This document shows positions 11,854-22,167 of a stretch of DNA of 64,000 bases, piece after piece. Under the pieces are notes generated by a model that saw nothing but the letters and a program-made list of their open reading frames with translations, had not been told where the DNA came from and did no database searches. Numbering within the stretch: position 1 is the first letter of the stretch; every line of letters starts with the position of its first letter. Origin of the DNA: Cercozoa sp. M6MM (Eukaryota; Protista; Endomyxa: Ascetosporea). Where the stretch lies: the NCBI GenBank assembly GCA_040357565.1, contig JBDODJ010000011.1; one strand, given 5' to 3'. Made by a program: the position numbers and the translations under genes.

Positions 11854-13877
11854 TCCCTGTGTGTCCGGCAGAACCCGGTGGCACCGCAGGTGGAACTGCC
11901 AAAGGGCTTTCCGCGGATTCGCTGGTGCTGGATTGGCGGCACGCTGACGATGATGGGCATGGAGCTGCTGGGACACACGCTGGAGACGCTATTCAACGCG
12001 TGCGGACGCAAGTTCTCGAACAAGACCATCGCCATGCTCGGCATCCAGATCGTACAGAGAGCTTTCTCGCAGCTTTCTTAGTTTGCAGTTCTTGCCGCGA
12101 TGTCCTCTTTGTCGCGTGTGCGCAGATGGACAGGTTAGAACTGCTGCACTCGCGCAACCTGATCCACCGCGACGTCAAGCCGGACAACTTTCTGTTTGGA
12201 CTGCACCGCAAATCCAACACGCTGCACATGGTCGACCTCGGCCTGGCGCGCAAGTACCGCGATCCGAACACGGGCATGCACATCCCGTTCAAGGAGGGCC
12301 GCTCACTCACGGGCACTCCGCGCTACGCCAGGTACGTCTCAGTGAGAGTGAGATGTCGGAATGTCTGTGTGAGTGTGGTGCGTGTGTTGTGTACAGTATC
12401 CCGGCACACAAGGGCCACGAGCAGTCGCGACGCGACGATTTCGAAGCGGTGGCGCACATGCTGCTGTACTTTGCGCGCGGCCGTCTGCCGTGGCAGGGTG
12501 TCAAGATCTCCGAGAAGAACGAGGTGCTTTTTTGCAGTTTCTCCTGTGTATATCGTCTGGTCTATATGACGTGCATGCAGCGCAACAAGCGCATCGGCAG
12601 CATCAAGATGTCGACGCCGGTGCAGTCGCTGTGCCAGGGTTGTGCGCCGCAGCTGCTGCAGTTCCTGATCTACTGCCGCAACCTCAAGTTCCAAGAGGTA
12701 CCGCACACTGCGTCACTGTGTGTGTATCTGTGTGTGTTGATACACTCGCTCACTTGCAGGACCCGAACTACGCGCACTGCAAGATGCTCTTCTACGACAT
12801 GCTGCGCGACCTGAATGAAAAGTGTGATTTGGTGTTCGACTGGAGTCCAACACCGACCGTGATTGAAATGCCCGAGCCGGTACTCCTTGTCTTTGTGTAA
12901 GTTGGTTTGCTGCGTGTGTGTATGCCGCTGGCTGTGTGACTCTTAAACAGGTGGCGCCACCAGCGCCGCGAATGCTCACACGCTCGGCTCGCGCTCGCCG
13001 CGCTGCGCTTCGTGGAGAAGCGGAGGTACCAACGACTGCCTTCTCGCCTCCCTGTCTCTCGTACGCATATCTTATCTCCTGGTATGCAGCTGGGCGACGT
13101 GGGCGCTACGAAATTAGACACGCAAGTGCTTCAAGACACCACCAACTTGTATAAAAATACACTGCACATATCGGCGCCTGTGTTTGTGTGTGTGTGTGTG
13201 TGTGTTTAATCTCTGTTGCATCGCAGTGTGGAGCCGCGGCAGCTGCGCTCGCGACAGCAGAAGCACATGGTCGGCACGATCGATATGTCGCTGCCGCCGC
13301 AGTCGCTGCGTGTGCCAGTGCAGGTAGTCCTCTCCTCTCTGACACCTGACCTGTGTGCGTGTGCGTGTGTGTGCTTGGTATAAATCTGGGCATCGGGACA
13401 GAGTACGGACGGCACGGCGGCGCGAGCAGTGGCAGAAGGCCCGACGTCAGTGGCGCAGCTGCTGGATCCAACGTATGCCCCTCCATCCGTCCCTTCATCG
13501 AGGGCGTTTTAATGCATGCTGTGTTTGTACCTGGGCAGAACGAGAACAGTGCAGAGAGCAGTGCTGTCGGATCTGCCGCCGAACGCGCTGGACGGCGGCG
13601 GCAACGTGCGTCTCGGCACGAAGCGAAAATCCTCGGCTCTGCCGCATCTCGATCTCGACGAGCCGCTGCCGAAACGCTTCCAGAAACCCGCCACTCCTCA
13701 GGTGCGTCCCTCTCTAAATAAATAAATAAGGAAAATGTCCATATATATGTGTGTGCACAGGACTGCGACATGCTGGTGCAGATGATCCTGCAGCACAAGA
13801 GGACGCTGCAAGACGACGACGCCGCCGGTGGCAGCAACGACGAGCAGCGCGGCACCAACACGGCCACGCTGGCCTAG
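9923..13877 (+). CDS. Fusion of RNase-inhibitor-type LRRs to a casein kinase 1 family kinase, with a low-complexity C-terminal tail
   Basis: LRRs (LVTLNLTETSVGDRG, LKKLSLRACGITDAG, LTHLDLSHNHV) splice in frame to ISGGSFGDIF, HRDVKPDNFL, DLGLARKYRDP, LTGTPRYAS, EQSRRDD and LPWQG (CK1 signatures). Confidence 0.85.
11716..11851 (+). repeat. (TG)n microsatellite in a CK1 intron (contains a gap)
   Basis: Directly visible. Confidence 0.95.
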
Positions 13878-14312
13878 AGAAGGAGCGAGAAATCAATGCC
13901 CTCCGCTCTTTTGCTCGCTCTGCTGCACACTCACACAGTGACACTCATACTCGCACCGAATACAAAAAAAATACACATCCGCTGCGCGAGTGCCACAGAC
14001 GCGACGCACACATCTTTCTCGCACGCAGACGCTTCTAACTTGCGCCTGACGTGCTCTTTTTACTATAACAGTCTTTCTACGTCCCTTATTTGATCCAAGG
14101 GGAGTTCGGTCGAGTTCAGTCATTCGTTGAAAATGGCGGCGCTGGAACGAACCAGAAGAGGAAATAGCTATGGGCTCAATGGGTCCGTATGGACTCGCAC
14201 AGTACAGGTATTTCAGATCTGGTCCCAAAACGGCAAAACAGCCAGCACGTATCGCTGTGTGCGTGTGCATGCGCTGTGTGTATTGAGCGGAGCGAACTTT
14301 TGGATAATCGCA

Positions 14313-14556
14313 ATGGAAACTCCGCGCAGCAATTCGGTCGACTCGATCGTAGCAAACTGCGTTTTGATTGCTGGGCACGAGGGATGTCAACAGGGAGCTG
14401 TAGAGTAAACGCGGTTTGTGTGTGTGGCACAGGAGAACGTTGAAAGCGAGCTGAGCTCGTGGAACGCGCAGCTCGAGAGCGCGGAGCAACTCGTGCCACT
14501 CCTCGGTCGCGGTACAGTGAGAAACGCACAGAGCACGCAGCTTGAGTTAATTGTTG

Positions 14557-14646
<90 letters not shown>

Positions 14647-17600
14647 GTGCAGTGTACCGCGAGCACAACTCGGTGGCCACTGTGTTCGGTCGCTCGCTCA
14701 TGAACCTGTCGCCGCTGCAGATCCTGCGGTACGTATCAGCAGTGTGTGTGGCTACGACAGGTGTGGCTACAATGCAAGACACAGCAGTACACTGTGTACC
14801 GTACAGGGTGCATCATGAGGCGCACACGGAGGTGCAGGTGCAGCACTCGTTCGCCGTACTGCAGGCCTTTGTGAAGCTGCGACTTGGCGCCTGCCGCGTC
14901 GACGTCGTAGGCTCGTCTTTATATCTGGGGGGGGGGGTAAACTGGGGGGTAAACTGGGGGGTAAACTGGGGGGTAAAGGTAAACTGTGGCTAAGACTGTG
15001 TGCGCAGGGCGCCATCGGACTCGAGTGGCTCAAGGGCGACGCGTCGCTTGAGCAGCTGCTGCGCAGGGTACTACTTGTGTGGCTACACTGTGTGGCTATC
15101 CTGTGTGGCTATCCTGTGTGGCTACTCGGTGTCACTTAAGTCTGCGTGTTGCTTAAGGACGCGACGGAGGTGCACGAGAAACGCGAGCTGGTGGACTCGG
15201 CCACCGGGTGGCAGGACGTCGTGCTCTACGGCTTCGGCCGCATCGGTCGTCTGCTGGCTCGCCTGCTGTACCACTGCTGTGATCGATCAGTGTGACCACC
15301 TTATCTGATCGATCAGTGATCTATATGTGATCGATCAGTGATCTATATGTGATCGATCAGTGTTTGTTGTTGTGCGGCAGGATCGAAAAAACTGGCGGCG
15401 GCCGCAAGCTGCGTCTGCGTGCCATTGTGCGTTGATACCCCCCGTTTTACCCCCCCCTACCTCCCGCCCCTACCCCCTGACCGCTGTGTTACCTCCTTTC
15501 CCCCCCTTTCCCCCCCCCCCCTGGGACAGGTGCTGCGTCCGTCCGGTGACGCCAAGGCCGACCTGGAGAAACGCGCCTCCCTGCTAGCGTACTGCCGTGC
15601 TGTCCGTGTCCATGATGTCTGTCCAAATGGACTGATGTCCAAATGGACTGATGTCTGTCCAAATGGACAAGTGTACAAATGGACCGGGTACAACTGGACC
15701 CTGTGTGTAGCCGCGACTCGGTGCACGGCGAGTTCCCGGGCGTCGTGGCCACCGACGCCGAGCGTCACTGCATCGTACCTGGGTCCATGTGTACCAACAA
15801 GGGTCCGGTCTAGTACGGTCCAGCTGTACGGTCCGTCTGTACGGTCCGTCTGTACGGTCCGTTTCTCCTGCAGGTGGCCAACGGCAGTGCCGTGCACGTG
15901 GTGTACGCTGCGCGACCCGGCGACGCCGACCTCGGCCGCTTCGGCATCCGCGACGCCATTTTGGTAGCACTTATGATCACATCTGATCGATCAGTGACCA
16001 CTTATGATCGATCAATGACCACTTATGATCACATATGATCGATCAGTGATCACTTGATCGATCAGTGATCATTGGGGATCGATCAGTTGGACTGTGTGGA
16101 CAGATCGACAACACCGGCAAGTGGCGCACGCGCGAGGCGCTGTCGCAGCACCTGTAGCCAGAGTCTACTCGCCCCCTTAAATAACAGAGCCCCCTTAAGA
16201 GTCCCCCTTAACTAACACAGTGCTCCCTTAATTGGGTGTGCGCAGGAAGGACCCGGCCGTGGCGCGCGTGGTGCTCACGGCGCCGGGTGCCGACATCGCC
16301 AACATCGTCGTCGGCGTCAACGAGGCGCAGCTCCGCGCGGACGATGCCGTCGTCGCCGCCGCCTCGTGCACCACGAATGCGGTAGTCTTNNNNNNNNNNN
16401 NNNNNNNNNNNNNNNNNNNNNNNNNNNNNNNNNNNNNNNNNNNNNNNNNNNNNNNNNNNNNNNNNNNNNNNNNNNNNNNNNNNNNNNNNCCCCCCCCCCC
16501 CCCCCCAGGTGTGTCCGGTGCTGTCGCTGCTGGACGAGCACTACGGCGTCGAGTCGTGCCACCTCGAGACGGTGCACGCCTACACCAACGATCAGAACCT
16601 GGTAGCCTTAATTGTAGCCACCTCGGGCAATGTGTACCGTACGATTGGACTCCATATGTGTGGCTACAGTTGGACAACAATCACAAAAAGAACCGTCGAG
16701 GCCGTGCTGCTGCTCTGAACATGTAGTGTTTTACACCTGCTATTTCCCCCCCCCCCCTTACCTTCCTTAAGGGTGCTGACGGAGACGGGTGCCGCCAAGG
16801 CGGTCGGCAAGGCGCTGCCGCAGCTGGCAGGACGGTACACTGACTAAGTATACACTGACTAAGTATGCAGCCTTAACTGAACTCTCTTTGTGGGCAGTAT
16901 CACTGGTCATGCCATTCGCGTGCCAACGCCGAACGTGTCGCTGGTAGCACTTTACCCCCCCCCCCCCTGCCCCCTTTACCCCCCCTTGAGCAGGCCATAG
17001 TGAACGCGCAGTTGCGGCAGAGTGTCGGCGGCGGCAGCGACGAGATCAACGCGCTGCTGTCGCGCGCCGCCGTGATCGGTCCGCTCATGCACCAGCTTGG
17101 CGTCTCGGACTCGGTACACTTGAGCACCTGTCCAAGTGGACCGTACAACTATAACCTTGCCTATAACTTTGTCTATAACCTTGTCCATAACCTTGTCTAT
17201 AACCTTGCCTATAACCTTGCCCTATAACCTTGTCCATAACCTTGTCTATAACCTTGTCCATAACCTTGNNNNNNNNNNATAACCTTGTCCATAACCTTGT
17301 CTATAACCTTGTCCATAACCTTGTCCATATGTACTGTACAACCTTACACCTTGTCCAGGAGGAGGCTGTCAGCAGTGACTTTATCGGCACTCGTCGCGCC
17401 TCCGTTGTCGATCTGCACAGCACGCATGTCGACGACAAGTCGGTACCCTCTTTAGCCTTACCCTCCTTGATCCCTACCCCTTTAGCCCTACCCCTTCCCG
17501 TTTTAGCCCTACCCCTTTACCCCTCCCTTTCCCTACCCCCACTCTGACAGGTGCGTCTGTACTGCTGGTACGACAACGAGTTCGGCTACTCGGCGCAGGT

Positions 17601-17661
17601 GGTGCGCCTGCTGCAGCGCATGGGCGGCGTGCGACACCCGCCGCTGCCGTCGTCGCTCTGA
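14313..17661 (+). CDS. Glyceraldehyde-3-phosphate dehydrogenase of the bacterial 'long' (N-terminally extended, ~480 aa) type, 19 exons
   Basis: DVVLYGFGRIGRLLARLLIEKTGGG, RDSVHG, catalytic ASCTTNA, VHAYTNDQNL, AIRVPTPNVS, WYDNEFGYS. All 18 junctions I checked restore frame; TGA at 17659-17661. Confidence 0.95.
14558..14648 (+). repeat. (TG)n microsatellite in GAPDH intron 2
   Basis: Directly visible; abuts the 3' splice site. Confidence 0.95.
17150..17330 (+). repeat. 12-bp tandem repeat (ATAACCTTGTCY)n in GAPDH intron 17
   Basis: More than 10 visible units; contains a gap. Confidence 0.95.
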
Positions 17662-18175
17662 CCGGGCCGATCTGGTCAGCTGCATCTCGAGTGATCGGAC
17701 ACGAGTTCGTTACGTCTACTAGCTACGCTATTGGTACGGTATGGAAACCGGCAACGAACTGAGCAAGACGACTAAACGAATTAACGAAAGAACGGAAAGT
17801 ACCGTTCCGTTCGTTACACAGCAACGTCAAGATCAGTTCAGTCACGGTAGACAGACGCAAGTGGTGATTTCGATTGGAAGACAGATCCTTGCGGTGACGC
17901 ACTTTGACTGCGGTGCTTGGGATGTCCTATTTGCCTTCAACAGGCCTTCGAAGTTCGCTTTCGTTTTCTAAACTCGAGCTACTCGGAAGAAGGCAGGTTT
18001 TAAAAAATCCTTCCATAATTGTGGCCCTTTGATCGTCCGCGCTGACGAGTAGTCAAATGGGTGACTTGACGAAAGAGAATCGCTAATCGCGACTGGAAAC
18101 ACGAGCGACAGACTAAAATCTAGCTATCGTATGCCACCACTGACGTAAGTAGTATCTCGGGGTAGGCCCTCCGAA

Positions 18176-19917
18176 TCAGGTTGTGTCTGTGGCACCAGCT
18201 TGGACAGCAGTCAGGAAAGCGCTGCGTCCCACCCGGTCGAGTCGTCGCAGCAGTCGCAGTGCCGGGGAGCGTGTAGCCGCGCTGTGTCAGTCAAGAATTG
18301 CAACAACACGTGGTTTGATCAAGCAACAACTGGGGAAGTGTCAGAGTACGTACACGTAGGGATCGTCAGCGAACTGCGGCAGCGCCGTCTGTCGGAAGGA
18401 CAGTGTCACACTCTGCGCGAGTCGCGTGCGACACACGTCGTACACGACAGCCTGTTCCTCCTCTGCAAGAACAGGAAGAGTCCTGGTACACCAGTTTCTC
18501 GATCGTAGAGGATAGGGGGTACCAGACAGAGAGGACACGGAGTGGAAACCACCGACCATGGCACTGACCAGAGAGAGCAGGTCGGTATCGTTGGTGTCAT
18601 CATCGCACGCGTGCATCAGGTGGTAGGCCAGACACACGCCTAGTTCCGACACACGGTGGCCCACGCACACGTCTGTCGCGTCAAAGGAACCAACCAACGA
18701 GATAAGAGTAAAACCACAAAGCTGATCAAAGCACAGGAAACCGCCAAAGTCGAGAATGCCGGTGATTTCTTTCGATCGCTCATCGATCAGGAGATTGTTT
18801 TCGTTCATGTCGCCATGCAGTACGGTCACTGCAAGGAGACAACACACACGTGGACACGTTAAACGCAGAAGAAAGTGGTAGTATCCACTGTAGCACACTT
18901 ACAGGGCATGCGAGACAACTTGGCATGTGCGTGCTCGCAGAAGTCGGCAAAGGCACTCGCGATCAGCTCTCTCTGCCACTGCAACGCAAGGGTGTCAAAG
19001 CGGCAACCAATGAACGGTCACACGGAATCGGTACCGCTAGGGGAACCACCAGGTCGACCAGAGACGATACCAGTTCGGCCGCGCGTTCCACTTGCCAGAT
19101 CTGGCAAGGCTGTGTACATTAGACTGTGTGCATTTGGCTGTGTACATTGTGTCCTGCCGACGAAGCCAGCACCTCGGTCACTCTGTCTCGATCTTGCGCC
19201 AACTGACTCCGCACACAAGATGGCAGCGTATATGTCGAGAACGAACGAAAGCTACCGAATCGAAAAAGTTCGCAGCAGCCACGTCAAAGGCAGCGGCACT
19301 TCGACCACAGCTGCGCATGACGGATTCGACGCTACACAACGAATAAAGTCCAAGGAAAGACTACAGTTTCAGAGAAGGCATATACCCTTTCATGTCGCCT
19401 CCTTTAATCAGATCGAGTAAGACATCCTTCGAATGCGCACCCGAGAGAAACGAAAAGACTTGCACAACGTGTGATCTGCCATTTCTCTAGTCAACAAAAC
19501 GAGCAACAACGAAGAATGAGACACAGAACAGTACTAACGACAAACGGTGTACTACCTCCAACTCGTGTTGCATCAGGACGGCAGGAATCACTTCAGCGAG
19601 CTTTGCGTCACCGAAACCGCGCACTGACTCCCGTAAACTCTCCTGTACCTCAAGTCGATCCTATCGACTCACGTCAAAATAACCACGCCAAACAGAAACA
19701 GAGTCTGTAACTGAAAAGAAACCCGAGATGTGCCGGGGTGATTTATCTTAAGTACGACACGCGGTCGCGCTCCCGGCAAAGCTAGAACGAAGACTTGATC
19801 ATCGTAAGATTCGCAGACTCTGACACTGACTGGTGTTTCTCCCAACAAGTCGCGACCCAAGAACTTGACTTCTTCCACCGACAGGTCCGGCCGCGACGGA
19901 ACCTCGCTTGCCGACAT
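18176..19917 (-). CDS. Hydroxylysine kinase / aminoglycoside-phosphotransferase-family protein
   Basis: ESYDDQVF...VVLKINHP at the N-terminus; Brenner motif VLHGDMNENNLL; ITGILDFGD; VSAMVGGFHSVSSLS.EE.....RLAQSV, as in HYKK/AGPHD1. Confidence 0.8.
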
Positions 19918-20137
19918 AGCGTGCTGCAAAGTAAAGCACACGTGTGCAAACTACTACAAAAGCACACACGGAGACTCGGATCTATTAAATGACCTCTACA
20001 ATGCAAAAAAAACCAGTACAAACGAGTATCGCGCACACTAAAAAAGTGCACGGCATCTATGTATAATATTAGATCCGCGCGGAGTCACACAATAAGGAAA
20101 CTGAACAACGTCGAGTTGGGTCAAGCCTACCGGACGA

Positions 20138-21177
20138 TCACGGCAGGAGCAGGTGGTGCGGCGGCGTGGTGCGGTACATGTGCTTGATGAGGAAGCCGTT
20201 GAAGAGCAGTGCGCGCAGGTGTCTCGGGTCGCCGTCGACGGCGTCGTAGAGATCGCCGGCCACACGCGAAACCGGCTCGGTCGTGTGTCTGCACTCACAG
20301 GCAGCGAGGGTGGTAGTTAACACAGGCGTAGTCTTCGGAGGGAAGGGTACGAGACAGAGTTGCCGACAAAGTGCAGTCGCACCAGTTCGATCCACTCGTC
20401 GCGCACCGAGATGGCGAGGGTGTTGCCACCTCGTCTCCTTGCTACAGACAGTGTGTACACCAGGGTGTCTGCCCCCCGGAAATCACTGCTACCGTCCAGT
20501 GCATTGCAGGCATCTTTGAAGTCATGTCCATCGGCGCTGTTGTCTGTCAGGACAGGAGAGTAAACTCGCGGAAACAACAGGACATCAGCTAGAAGACGTT
20601 AATGTACCAAACGTGGACTCGTTCCATCCGAGTCGACGAACCAGACGCAGCTGCAACAACCGGTAGTCGGCGTAGAAGGTCAGAAAGTGCACTAGCGCCC
20701 ACTTCAGTCTGTCCAAGGCATCCGCATCCCGGGGGGGGGGGGGGAGAAGGTGCATTACAAATCAGCATGCTCGGCCGAGAGGTCCAAGGCGTGCGATCGC
20801 AACAACCACCCTGTGGCAACGGTCGACAGTGTCATCAGATTGTGCACACTGTGCAGCAGCACCGGCACCCAGACTGCACACGCACACGCACACGCACTCA
20901 CACAGGTTTTACGAGCCCAGGACCTCCCCCAGACTACGGAAACTACATCTTCCAGTCAACGCGTAGGCTGTGCCGTAGATAAGACCGCCGATCGTCGCGA
21001 GAAACTGTTGCGATGGGAGCGGATGCACCAGTCCGAATGCGCCTATCCACCCTCAAGTGAAAACTATACTCGCAGTACCGGTTGTCTCTACCTGCCTGGG
21101 CGCCGATGGTCGCTAGAGGCGGGATGAACCAACTCAGCGCGCGGAACAGCAAACCTCGGAACACTAGCTGTTGCAAT

Positions 21178-21218
<41 letters not shown>

Positions 21219-22031
21219 GATATATAGACATAGAAACCTCCTCGCCCAGAGGGGCCACGACGACGCCATCGAACAACTCGGCCGCCGGTGCGGTGCTCTC
21301 CAGTAGCCACGTGCGCACATTGCGCAGCACACTGCCCTATTCTCAAGATACACACACATACACACAGCCTTACATCACCCAAGTCCCTTCCGAACAACCA
21401 TACCTCGCCTTTGCGAACACGCGAGGTCGGCACTTTGCCCGGAAAGTCCGTCAACACAGCTGCCGTCGACTGTGTCAACACAGGTGTGTTACCAAGCAGG
21501 TTCTCTTTTCAAAAGCAAACGCTGGTGTACAAGCGTATCGTCAGCACACATGGCCATTCCGAGAACAACGCATGTCAGCAAGATGCCTCTGCCCAGGTAT
21601 GCGGCGGTGGGGGGGGGGGGGGGGGGTGTGCAATGGACAACAAATGTACTGTTTGGGGAAGGCTCGAAATGCTGCCGGATACCATTTCGCTGCACACAAG
21701 CAGTAAAATCCTCCCATGAAACAACTGGGAACTAAGGAAACCTTACCAGGAAGGACCAGTGTCGCTACGAACCCAGACACCCCGGGCATTGTTTCCTACA
21801 AAATGGTTACAGTATACAGTACAGAGGCAGCACGAGCAAGGAGCGAAAGCACGAACAAACCGACAGATGCGCATTTCGTGTTCTTACTTTCGTCGAGTAG
21901 GCCAGCGGTCTGCAAACAATATCTGCGAACAACAACACGAGAACAATCATTTGATCGGCACCTGATCCAGTTGAAGAGAAATCGTGCGACCATTTTGCTG
22001 CGTAGGTGTGTGCAAGTGGTGCTGCACACAT
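20138..22031 (-). CDS. Hypothetical multi-exon protein; start uncertain
   Basis: GC-rich exon blocks (e.g. ...DLYDAVDGDPRHLRALLFNGFLIKHMYRTTPPHHLLLP*) separated by GT-AG introns containing poly-C and TA/TG tracts. Confidence 0.45.
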
Positions 22032-22167
22032 GTAGGTTGACATCCCGTGCTGCGATCAGAGAGAAACAAAATTGAACTGTGTTGGTCACAATAGCCACTG
22101 ATCACAGAGCACTGCACAGGGCAGCCAGACAAAGTGTCGGTGTGCGTACGCTAGTTTGACGACTGCG

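Noticed and set aside
11423-12081. Long ORFs with CVCVCV/THTHTH runs (also near 14.5, 24.5, 26.8, 43.5, 45.4 and 53.3 kb)
   Set aside because: They are translations of intronic microsatellites and N-gaps, not proteins.
15268-17357. CRISPR-like repeat arrays
   Set aside because: Units are contiguous tandem repeats without unique spacers, lie inside spliceosomal introns, and no cas genes are present.
14313-17661. Bacterial contamination as the source of the GAPDH
   Set aside because: The gene has 18 GT-AG introns of the same style as its eukaryotic neighbours.
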